Positions 57,501 through 64,000 of a stretch of 64,000 bases of DNA are shown here, in pieces. The position numbers and the translations under genes were made by a program. Below the pieces are notes generated by a model, which worked only from the letters and a program-made list of their open reading frames with translations, made no database searches and was not told the DNA's origin. Source of the stretch: an uncultured Rhodobacteraceae bacterium (GTDB lineage Bacteria; Pseudomonadota; Alphaproteobacteria; Rhodobacterales; Rhodobacteraceae); assembly GCA_947496535.1 (NCBI GenBank), contig CANMDE010000009.1, forward strand, positions 15,812-79,811, written 5' to 3'. Each line of letters opens with the position of its first letter. The stretch's first letter is position 1.

Positions 57501-57967
57501 AGGACGAATACGAAGTGGCGCGTTTGCTGACACAGACCAAGGCAAAGGCCGAGCAGGAGTTTGAGGGCGATTTGACGTTGACCTATCACCTCGCGCCGCC
57601 GCTCATTTCAAAGTCCGGTTCTGACGGGCGACCTGTCAAAAAGGAATTTGGTGCCCGAATGAGTTGGGCATTCCCAAAATTGGCAAAACTGAAATTTTTG
57701 CGCGAAACTCCGTTTGATCCATTCGGTCGCACAGCAGAGCGTCGTATGGAACGCGCTCTTATTAAACAATATGAAACGGATATGGTTGAGGTGTTGCAGT
57801 TGTTGCGGCCTGATACAAAGGAGGCCGCCGTCGCGCTGGCAAAGTTACCGCTTGATATCCGCGGGTTCGGACCGGTGAAGGAAACGAATGCAGCGAAGGT
57901 AGCGAAACGCAGAGAAGAATTGCTCGCTGTGCTACGTGCAGCACCCATGCAACAAGCCGCAGAGTAG
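54551..57967 (+). CDS. indolepyruvate:ferredoxin oxidoreductase family protein (fused alpha/beta)
   Basis: 1138 aa. N-terminal LNGTQALVRLMLMQ...GYRGSPLG. ThDP-type region. Ferredoxin cluster CEGCGDCGVQSNC. GGGAGGG RBS before ATG 54551. Confidence 0.9.
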   Translation: MSQHEISLNDRYDLERTSVLLNGTQALVRLMLMQNARDERAGLNTAGYVTGYRGSPLGAVDMQMTRAKNVLEPAQITFQPGLNEDLAATALWGSQQAELRGEGKYDGVFGLWYGKGPGVDRSGDVMRHANMAGTSPFGGVIMAMGDDHTGESSTTLHQSDWAMVDAYMPIVSPAGVQEILDYGLYAYELSRFAGVWVGLKTMKDTIEVTSVVDGDPHRLSFVTPELELPEGGLNIRLVDTPQIQEARMIDHKRFAAEAFSRANNMDQRKWGKPGAKIGFVAAGKNWLDLQHALSLLNIDEAEAERLGITTYKVGQVWPLDMMSFHEWAEGLDLIVVVEEKRKLIEVQVKEAIFDDRKGRRVYGWHKGDEHSEGRREEVFQTKADLNPIVIAEKLGGILLEEGCGSSGVEAGLATLSEARRADNAPEIAARLPYFCSGCPHNSSTKVPEGSRAYAGIGCHYMVQWMDRDTVGFTQMGGEGANWVGEAPFSTRDHVFQNLGDGTYNHSGVQAIRFALMAGTSITYKILYNDAVAMTGGQGNDGDLTADQICRELLAMGVRNVAVVYDEKEDVDLGAFPKGLQMHERKELPAVQEKFSKYIGVSAIVYVQTCAAEKRRRRKRGQFPDPDKRVFINTDVCEGCGDCGVQSNCVSIVPVETELGRKRAIDQSSCNKDYSCVNGFCPSFVTVQGAKIRKEATASVDIPDLPDPDLPQIKGTHNVVVTGVGGTGVVTIGAVMAMAAHIDGKGAGMMEMAGLAQKGGAVHIHCRIAERPEDVSAIRVATGECDALIGGDLVVSAGAKTIGLMKTGRTKGAVNSHEIMTGDFTRDTEFTLPSERLRMSLEARLGDGLAMFDATDLAKALLGDSIYSNMMIFGATWQMCAIPLSQDAIVQAITLNGAAVERNLRAFELGRWAYLFPEDANALLAPNVVQMPKSLDGVIAYRADHLVQYQGKRRARRYRRLIDQFQDEPLKEAVALGYHKLLSYKDEYEVARLLTQTKAKAEQEFEGDLTLTYHLAPPLISKSGSDGRPVKKEFGARMSWAFPKLAKLKFLRETPFDPFGRTAERRMERALIKQYETDMVEVLQLLRPDTKEAAVALAKLPLDIRGFGPVKETNAAKVAKRREELLAVLRAAPMQQAAE

Positions 57968-58073
57968 GGGCGACAATTGGTTTGACTTATCGAACCAGAC
58001 CATCATCTGTCATAATAATGTCGGAACCTATCGTTAATTTATTGGCCACGTCAGTTAATCAGGTACGAACCTT

Positions 58074-58976
58074 ATGAAAAACCGTCATGCTGTCCGCGAT
58101 ATTACCTACGCCAGCTCTGTGCAGGCGCGTTCTGGTCGCGCTGTAGTACGGGTGATGGAAAATACCACTGGCCGGTTGGGGCTGATCCGCAGGGCCCGCG
58201 GTTATGCCGAGGATGTCGCCGCTGGCCGTGACTTCTGGGAGGTAATGGTGGAGCGGTATGGCTTGCAGTTGGATGTGGTCCGCGGCTCGCTTGACAATAT
58301 TCCGACCCAAGGCCCGCTCATTGTAGTTTCCAATCATCCCTATGGCATTTTGGATGGGCTGATGATGGGGTATATCCTGTCTGCCCGGCGGCAGGGCGGG
58401 TTCCGGGTTCTGGCGAACGATGTATTCAAGCGGGCGAAGGACCTGGAAGAAGTGATCCTCCCGGTTTCTTTCGAGGAAACGAAAGAGGCTGCAAAGCTGA
58501 ACCTGCAAACCCGCGCGACGGCTATGCGTTATCTTAATGATGGTGGCGCTGTAGGTATCTTTCCCGGTGGTACCGTGTCGACCGCTGCGCGCCCATTTGA
58601 CCGCCCGATGGACCCAAGCTGGCGGACGTTTACCGCCAAAATGATTTCAAAGACCGATGCGACCGTCGTCCCCATCTTTTTTGAAGGGGGCAACAGCCGT
58701 CTGTTCCAACTTGCCAGTCGTATTCACAGCACGTTGCGCGTTGGTATGTTGATCCGCGAGTTCAAGACCAAGATCAACAAACCGGTTCCGGTCGTCATCG
58801 GTGACCCGATCGCGGCGGATCAGCTTGCCCTATACAAAAAAGATCCCACGGCATGCATGGATTTCCTGCGACAAGCGACGTATGACCTAAGCCCAAGGCC
58901 AATTGACGCGACCCGTCTTGGTCACGAATTCGAGGCGAAGCATAAGGTGCGCGATGGCCGTGGGCATATTCGATAG
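58074..58976 (+). CDS. lysophospholipid/PlsC-like acyltransferase family protein
   Basis: [12 protein letters not shown] (acyltransferase motif-I variant) and IFPGGTVS (motif III-like). Confidence 0.75.
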   Translation: MKNRHAVRDITYASSVQARSGRAVVRVMENTTGRLGLIRRARGYAEDVAAGRDFWEVMVERYGLQLDVVRGSLDNIPTQGPLIVVSNHPYGILDGLMMGYILSARRQGGFRVLANDVFKRAKDLEEVILPVSFEETKEAAKLNLQTRATAMRYLNDGGAVGIFPGGTVSTAARPFDRPMDPSWRTFTAKMISKTDATVVPIFFEGGNSRLFQLASRIHSTLRVGMLIREFKTKINKPVPVVIGDPIAADQLALYKKDPTACMDFLRQATYDLSPRPIDATRLGHEFEAKHKVRDGRGHIR

Positions 58977-59766
58977 CGGTTTGGGTGGTTTGACGGTGCT
59001 GGATGCCGTCGCAAAACGCCTGCCTGATCTGCCGCTGGTATATCTTGGCGACAGCGCAAACGCCCCGTACGGCGTGCGGACACCTGATGATATTTACAAC
59101 CTGACCACTAGTGCGACGCAGCGGTTGTTTGATGCTGGCTGTGATCTTGTCATTCTGGCTTGCAACACGGCCTCTGCCGCTGCTTTGCGGCGGATGCAGG
59201 AAGGTTGGATACCCACTGACAAGCGGGTGCTTGGTGTGTTTGTACCTTTGATAGAGGCGTTGACAGAGCGGCAGTGGGGCGACAATTCGCCCCCGCGTGA
59301 AGTTGATGCAAAACATGTGGCGCTATTTGCCACCCCTGCGACTGTTTCAAGCCGCGCGTTTCAGCGGGAACTGGCGTTTCGGGCAATCGGTGTTGATGTT
59401 GAGGGTCAGGCATGCGGCGGTGTTGTTGATGCCATAGAAGACGGCGATATGATTCTGGCGGATGCTTTGGTGCGTAGTCACGTCGATGCATTACTTCGCA
59501 AGATGCCGGAGCCGGACGCTGCGGTGCTGGGGTGCACACATTATCCGTTGGTCGCGGACGTCTTTCAGGACGGGCTTGGTCCGGATGTGAAGGTGTTTTC
59601 ACAGGCCAACCTCGTGGCTGAGAGCCTAGCGGACTACCTTGAACGGCATCCCACGATGGTAGGGCCCGGCGAGGAGTCAGCATTTCTGACGACGGGTGAC
59701 CCCAAAAAGGTGTCGTCGCGCGCGACACAGTTTTTGCGACGAAAGATCACATTTGAAGCCGCCTGA
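58954..59766 (+). CDS. murI: glutamate racemase
   Basis: [12 protein letters not shown], the catalytic LACNTAS and GCTHYP. Overlaps the upstream gene by 23 nt. Confidence 0.9.
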   Translation: MAVGIFDSGLGGLTVLDAVAKRLPDLPLVYLGDSANAPYGVRTPDDIYNLTTSATQRLFDAGCDLVILACNTASAAALRRMQEGWIPTDKRVLGVFVPLIEALTERQWGDNSPPREVDAKHVALFATPATVSSRAFQRELAFRAIGVDVEGQACGGVVDAIEDGDMILADALVRSHVDALLRKMPEPDAAVLGCTHYPLVADVFQDGLGPDVKVFSQANLVAESLADYLERHPTMVGPGEESAFLTTGDPKKVSSRATQFLRRKITFEAA

Positions 59767-59802
59767 TCTTTTCCAAAAATTCATCCCAAAGGGGATTTTA
59801 TC

Positions 59803-60831
59803 ATGACCCATAACGTCGCCATTCTTGGCGCTTCTGGTTACACCGGTGCTGAACTCGTTCGGTTGATTGCAACCCACCCAAGCCTGCGGATTGTTGGCCT
59901 TTCAGGGAACTCCAAGGCTGGGAAGGCCATGGCTGAGGTCTTTCCACACTTGCGTCATCTGGACCTGCCGCACCTGACCACGATTGAGGAGATGTCATTT
60001 GATGATGTTGAGATCGTATTTTGCGGGTTGCCGCATGCTACGTCTCAGGCAGTGATTGCGACGCTGCCGGATCATGTCCGCGTTATTGATATGTCTGCCG
60101 ATTTCCGGCTGCGCGATCCTGCGGACTATGAGAAATGGTATGGTAAACCGCATGGTGCGCCTCAGTTGCAGAAAGAGGCTGTTTACGGTCTGACAGAGTT
60201 TTACCGCGAACAGATCAAGGATGCCCGGCTTGTGGCGGGCACAGGTTGTAATGCCGCAACGGGGCAGTATGCGTTGCGTCCTTTGATTGCAGCGGGTGTG
60301 ATTGATCTGGATCAGATCATCATCGACCTCAAAGCGGCAGTATCGGGGGCAGGTCGGTCGTTGAAGGAGAACCTGTTGCACGCTGAGCTTTCAGAAGGGG
60401 CGCACGGCTATGCTGTGGGCGGGACCCACCGGCATTTGGGTGAGTTTGATCAGGAGTTTTCGCTGGTCGCCGGGCGGCCTGTGCAAATCCAATTCACACC
60501 GCATCTGATCCCTGCGAACCGCGGCATTTTGGCGACGACCTATGTGCAGGGCGACCCGCAGGTTATATATAATACATTGGCTGCGGCTTACGCGGCCGAA
60601 CCGTTTATTGAGGTTTTGCCAATGGGAGAGAGTCCGTCAATGAAACATATTCGTGGCTCTAATTTCTGCCACGTTGGAGTTGTGTCCGACCGCGCACCGG
60701 GCCGTGCGATAATCATTGCCGCGTTGGATAACCTGACTAAAGGATCGTCTGGGCAGGCGCTGCAGAATGCCAACCTGATGTTGGGCCTTCCCGAAACGGA
60801 AGGGCTGATGCTGGCGCCGGTGTTTCCATGA
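59803..60831 (+). CDS. argC: N-acetyl-gamma-glutamyl-phosphate reductase
   Basis: [17 protein letters not shown] Rossmann N-terminus, active-site GTGCNA, C-terminal [11 protein letters not shown]. Confidence 0.92.
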   Translation: MTHNVAILGASGYTGAELVRLIATHPSLRIVGLSGNSKAGKAMAEVFPHLRHLDLPHLTTIEEMSFDDVEIVFCGLPHATSQAVIATLPDHVRVIDMSADFRLRDPADYEKWYGKPHGAPQLQKEAVYGLTEFYREQIKDARLVAGTGCNAATGQYALRPLIAAGVIDLDQIIIDLKAAVSGAGRSLKENLLHAELSEGAHGYAVGGTHRHLGEFDQEFSLVAGRPVQIQFTPHLIPANRGILATTYVQGDPQVIYNTLAAAYAAEPFIEVLPMGESPSMKHIRGSNFCHVGVVSDRAPGRAIIIAALDNLTKGSSGQALQNANLMLGLPETEGLMLAPVFP

Positions 60832-61295
60832 GTGGGTTGAAGTCACTGAAAAAACGCCGCCGCGTTCAGGTTATCTGGATCGCAGGGATTTCTCTGGCGC
60901 TTGTTCTGGTTGCCCTATGGTTTGTTCCGGATGACAGCTTTCAGTTTTTTCGCTCGCCTAGCGAAGTAACGCAGACGCCCCCTTTGCCGACAGAACGTTT
61001 TCGGATCGGCGGGTTGGTCGCGCAAGGAAGCCTGCTACGCGGGCAGGGTGAGCAGATCAGTTTTGCGGTAACTGATGGTGCGGCGTCTATCCCGGTGGTT
61101 TACACCGGTATCTTGCCTGATCTTTTTGACGAGGGTCAGGGCATGGTTGCGCAGGGGAATTACATTGACGGACGCTTTGAAGCCGTTGAAATACTTGCAA
61201 AACATGATGAGACCTACATGCCCGCCGAAGTGATTGATGTGCTCAAGGATCAGGGTATTTATCAGGCACCGGACGGTGCCGCTGTGACGAATTAA
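60828..61295 (+). CDS. ccmE: cytochrome c maturation haem chaperone CcmE
   Basis: N-terminal TM anchor, OB-fold body, and the haem-binding [10 protein letters not shown] motif. ATGA overlap with argC. Confidence 0.9.
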   Translation: MSGLKSLKKRRRVQVIWIAGISLALVLVALWFVPDDSFQFFRSPSEVTQTPPLPTERFRIGGLVAQGSLLRGQGEQISFAVTDGAASIPVVYTGILPDLFDEGQGMVAQGNYIDGRFEAVEILAKHDETYMPAEVIDVLKDQGIYQAPDGAAVTN

Positions 61296-61305
61296 TCATT
61301 TGATC

Positions 61306-61338
61306 GCAGCCTTTGTGTCTGACCGACACGAGGGCTGC
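61306..61338 (+). promoter_or_regulatory. 14-bp stem-loop covering the muramidase Shine-Dalgarno
   Basis: GCAGCCTTTGTGTC (61306-61319), loop tgacc, GACACGAGGGCTGC (61325-61338). The stem has 12 Watson-Crick and 2 G-U pairs. The SD GAGGG (61330-61334) lies in the 3' arm and the ATG is at 61341. No T-tract follows. Confidence 0.6.
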
Positions 61339-61340
61339 CG

Positions 61341-61952
61341 ATGCAAACCGTTACCGAAATAGCGACCGAGATTGTTGCCCGTGAGGGTGGCTATGTGAAT
61401 GACCCGGATGACCCTGGCGGTGCCACCAAGTATGGTGTGACGATTCATACGATGCGCCGTCTGGGCCTTGATCTGACTGGGGATGATCAGGTGACGCAAG
61501 CGGATGTGCGCATGCTAACGAGGGCCCATGCCGTGTCCATCTTTGTTGAGCACTACTTTCATCGCCCCAAGATCGACCAGTTGCCGGAACCGCTACACCC
61601 GACCGTTTTTGATATGTATGTGAACGCCGGGGCCAATGCGGTGAAAATTCTTCAGCGCTTGCTGGGCGACATGCGCATTTCGGTTGTCGTGGATGGTGTC
61701 ATCGGGCCGCAAACGGTTGCCGCCACTGTTCGAGCGATGGAGGCGGCCCCGAACCATTTTGTTGATGCTTACGGAATTGCTCGTCGCAACTATTACTATG
61801 GTTTGGCTGATCGCCGGGCAAAGAGTCGCAAATACGCGCGTCGTCGCGATGGTGGCAAAGGTGGTTGGATCACGCGGGCGGAGGAGTTCATCTCGTCGCG
61901 GTATCATCTGACAAGTGCGCAGCATCTCGAAAGGACGTCACAATGGGGTTGA
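61341..61952 (+). CDS. GH108-type N-acetylmuramidase with peptidoglycan-binding domain (holin-associated endolysin)
   Basis: REGGYVNDPDDPGGATKYGVT catalytic motif of glycoside hydrolase 108, followed by a PG_binding_3-like segment (VDGVIGPQTVAA). Confidence 0.85.
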   Translation: MQTVTEIATEIVAREGGYVNDPDDPGGATKYGVTIHTMRRLGLDLTGDDQVTQADVRMLTRAHAVSIFVEHYFHRPKIDQLPEPLHPTVFDMYVNAGANAVKILQRLLGDMRISVVVDGVIGPQTVAATVRAMEAAPNHFVDAYGIARRNYYYGLADRRAKSRKYARRRDGGKGGWITRAEEFISSRYHLTSAQHLERTSQWG

Positions 61953-62464
61953 TGTCTGGCCTGATGGCTTTTCTCTTTGGCGAGGGTCGGAATGTCGTCG
62001 TTGAGACGGCGGAAGTTTTTCGTGAAAACGCAGAAAAAGGGGCGGAACGGGCAGCAGAGTCGCGCGCGGCCAGTCTGAACCAGTTTGCCGCGGAATTCAT
62101 CCATCCACGGCGTGGCCTGTTCGACAGGTTCATTGATGGATTGAACCGCCTGCCGCGTCCAATGCTTGCGCTGGGGACCATCTGGTTGTTTGTCCTCGCG
62201 ATGCGCCAGCCCGAACAGTTCGAGGCGGGGATGCGCGGTATTGCAGTGGTGCCAGAGCCGCTTTGGTGGTTGATGGGGGCGATTGTCAGCTTCTATTTTG
62301 GTGCGCGCCATCAGGCAAAGGGGCAGGAATTTCAACGGTCTGTCGCGCAAAGCCTGTTGCTTGCCCAGCATGTGAAATCGCCAGAAACGCCCGTTCCTAA
62401 ACCGGCCCAACCGTCTGGTTCAAATGCCGCTCTAGCGGATTGGCAGGCTGGCTATGGACAATGA
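61943..62464 (+). CDS. holin-family membrane protein (GTA-type 3TM holin-like)
   Basis: Start overlaps the muramidase stop by 10 nt. Hydrophobic segments MGLMSGLMAFLF, MLALGTIWLFVLAM and LWWLMGAIVSFYFGA. Charged C-terminal tail. Confidence 0.7.
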   Translation: MGLMSGLMAFLFGEGRNVVVETAEVFRENAEKGAERAAESRAASLNQFAAEFIHPRRGLFDRFIDGLNRLPRPMLALGTIWLFVLAMRQPEQFEAGMRGIAVVPEPLWWLMGAIVSFYFGARHQAKGQEFQRSVAQSLLLAQHVKSPETPVPKPAQPSGSNAALADWQAGYGQ

Positions 62465-62657
62465 TTGGACGACAAAGGTCGACCGGCGTTTGGCTGCGAT
62501 TGAGACCCGCAATGCCGTTGACGAAGTGCACCGGCAGAATGTGTCAGACCGGCTGGGCGCGATCGAGGATACTCTGAAGTGGCTGGTACGTCTTGTCATT
62601 GGTGGGTTGCTGATGGCCGGTCTGACCTATGCCGTGCAAGGCGGGTTTATGCGGTGA
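62454..62657 (+). CDS. 67-aa tail-anchored coiled-coil membrane protein (possible third lysis component)
   Basis: The ATG overlaps the holin stop region by 11 nt. It has an N-terminal amphipathic helix (RLAAIETRNAVDEVHRQNVSDRLGAIEDTLKW). A single C-terminal TM helix follows (LVRLVIGGLLMAGLTYAV). The SD is weak. Confidence 0.45.
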   Translation: MDNDWTTKVDRRLAAIETRNAVDEVHRQNVSDRLGAIEDTLKWLVRLVIGGLLMAGLTYAVQGGFMR

Positions 62658-62783
62658 CAAAGTCGCGTTGAGTTTGTGGCTTGTTAGTCAGACGTCAATC
62701 CTGCTGCCGGTAGCGGCAAAATGTATCAATGAAGTGATCCGGCCAATCTGTTGTCTGGTTTTCTTTTGCGTTATGATTAAACC

Positions 62784-64000
62784 ATGTTAATCGAACTTGG
62801 ACATTTTGCGCTGGTTTTGGCCTTTGGGATTGCCATTGTACAGATGATCGTACCGATGATCGGTGCGCATCGTGGAAATGCGTCCTGGATGGCTTTGGCC
62901 GAGCCTGCTGCGACCGTTCAGTTCCTGTTGGTCGCCTTCTCGTTTGCGGTGGTGACCTGGGCTTTCGTGACCTCAGATTTTTCATTGCAGTTGGTTTTTG
63001 CCAATTCGCACACAGACAAACCAATGATCTACAAGATTAGCGGTGTTTGGGGAAACCATGAAGGATCCATGCTGCTTTGGATGCTCATTCTGACCTTGTT
63101 TGGTGCCTGCGCCGCTTGGTTTGGTGACGGACTGCCGGTAAGGCTGAAAGCGCGTGTGTTAGCGGTTCAGGCTTCAATCGCCGTGGCATTTTTTGCCTTC
63201 ATACTTTTCACTTCGAACCCGTTCTTGCGACTTGAAGTGCCACCGCTGAATGGTCGCGACTTGAACCCTCTTCTTCAGGACCCTGGTTTGGCCTTTCACC
63301 CGCCCTTTCTTTACTTGGGTTACGTCGGCTTGAGCATGTCGTTTTCCTTTGCCGTCGCCGCGCTGATCGAGGGCAAGGTAGATGCAGCTTGGGGGCGTTG
63401 GGTGCGTCCATGGACGCTGGCCGCATGGATGTTTTTGACCATCGGGATCGCTCTTGGGTCCTGGTGGGCCTACTACGAATTGGGGTGGGGCGGTTTCTGG
63501 TTCTGGGACCCTGTGGAAAATGCTTCATTCATGCCGTGGCTTATCGCGGCTGCCCTGCTGCACTCGGCCATCGTGGTTGAGAAGCGTGAGGCATTGAAGA
63601 GCTGGACCATTCTTCTGGCAATTCTGGCGTTTGGCTTTTCGCTGCTGGGTGCGTTTATTGTTCGTTCGGGCGTACTAACATCGGTCCATGCATTCGCAAA
63701 CGATCCTGAGCGTGGCATGCTTATCCTTATCATCTTGGCTATTTTCCTTGGCGGTGCTTTGACGTTGTTTGCGGCTCGCGCCGGTGCGATGGAGGCGAAG
63801 GGGGTGTTTTCGACCTTCAGCCGCGAAAGTGCTCTGGTTTTGAATAATATTCTGCTGGCCGTGAGTGCGTTTGTTGTGTTCCTGGGCACGATTTGGCCGC
63901 TGGTGGCAGAGCTTTTGTTTGAGCGGACCCTCTCTGTTGGTCCGGCGTTTTTTGAATGGGCATTCACACCGTTCATGGTGCTTTTGGCCATTGCGTTGCC
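62784..64000 (+). CDS. ccmF: cytochrome c haem lyase subunit CcmF (5' part, runs off the window)
   Basis: My translation starts MLIELGHFALVLAFGIAIVQ. It contains SGVWGNHEGSMLLW and the WWD motif GWGGFWFWDPVENASFMPW. The frame is open to base 64000, and the ORF is absent from the track because no stop is reached. Confidence 0.9.
   Translation, partial: MLIELGHFALVLAFGIAIVQMIVPMIGAHRGNASWMALAEPAATVQFLLVAFSFAVVTWAFVTSDFSLQLVFANSHTDKPMIYKISGVWGNHEGSMLLWMLILTLFGACAAWFGDGLPVRLKARVLAVQASIAVAFFAFILFTSNPFLRLEVPPLNGRDLNPLLQDPGLAFHPPFLYLGYVGLSMSFSFAVAALIEGKVDAAWGRWVRPWTLAAWMFLTIGIALGSWWAYYELGWGGFWFWDPVENASFMPWLIAAALLHSAIVVEKREALKSWTILLAILAFGFSLLGAFIVRSGVLTSVHAFANDPERGMLILIILAIFLGGALTLFAARAGAMEAKGVFSTFSRESALVLNNILLAVSAFVVFLGTIWPLVAELLFERTLSVGPAFFEWAFTPFMVLLAIAL

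Noticed and set aside
62777-62790. CtrA-like box TTAA-N-TTAA overlapping the ccmF start. There is also a TTAA half-site at the ccmE stop, before the lysis genes.
   Set aside because: The spacing is N6 rather than the N7 that the CtrA consensus requires. The site at 61292-61295 is only a half-site.
1-64000. Mobile elements, CRISPR arrays, toxin-antitoxin pairs, restriction-modification or other recognisable defence gene sets, rRNA and tRNA genes.
   Set aside because: I found no transposase, integrase or recombinase motifs and no regularly spaced repeats. I also found no tRNA cloverleaf candidates and no nuclease/ATPase/methylase gene pairs among the ORFs. By eye, the window is core chromosome apart from the few items listed as findings.

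Overview
Gene-dense 64-kb chromosomal segment with about 60 protein genes. I found no rRNA, tRNA, IS element, integrase or CRISPR array by eye. The gene content points to an alphaproteobacterium of the Rhodobacterales type (inference). The pointers are ALA synthase hemA, a GTTC-N7-GTTC LexA box at uvrA, a DUF1127 mini-protein, a GTA-type muramidase/holin pair and ccmE/ccmF.

Most genes are housekeeping:
- Isoprenoid, haem and envelope: hemA, rodZ-like/ispG, a DsbA-family protein, a cell-wall amidase, PBP1A, murI, and an M23 peptidase with bactofilin.
- Translation and repair: prfB, queA, uvrA.
- Central metabolism: tkt, gap, lpdA, purL, argC, coaD.
- A valine-catabolism locus: mmsB, 3-hydroxyisobutyryl-CoA hydrolase, an acyl-CoA dehydrogenase, mmsA and a divergent LysR regulator.
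- Others: zapA, grxD/bolA, and an indolepyruvate:ferredoxin oxidoreductase with its own LysR regulator.

The items that look least ordinary are:
1. An orphan 681-aa protein (51473-53518) whose serine-hydrolase motifs are separated by about ten transmembrane helices.
2. A muramidase/holin/67-aa lysis-type module wedged between ccmE and ccmF. The muramidase ribosome-binding site lies inside a 14-bp stem-loop.
3. A candidate minus-strand sRNA (orphan intrinsic terminator plus an exposed CCUCCC motif) in the 476-bp purL/monooxygenase spacer.
4. Small ORFs below the track cutoff: a 52-aa DUF1127 protein and a 47-aa hydrophobic peptide.
5. An extra 87-aa ORF between bolA and grxD.

All product calls rest on motifs read by eye from the translations. 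No database search was run. Coordinates of short non-coding motifs may be off by 1-2 nt.
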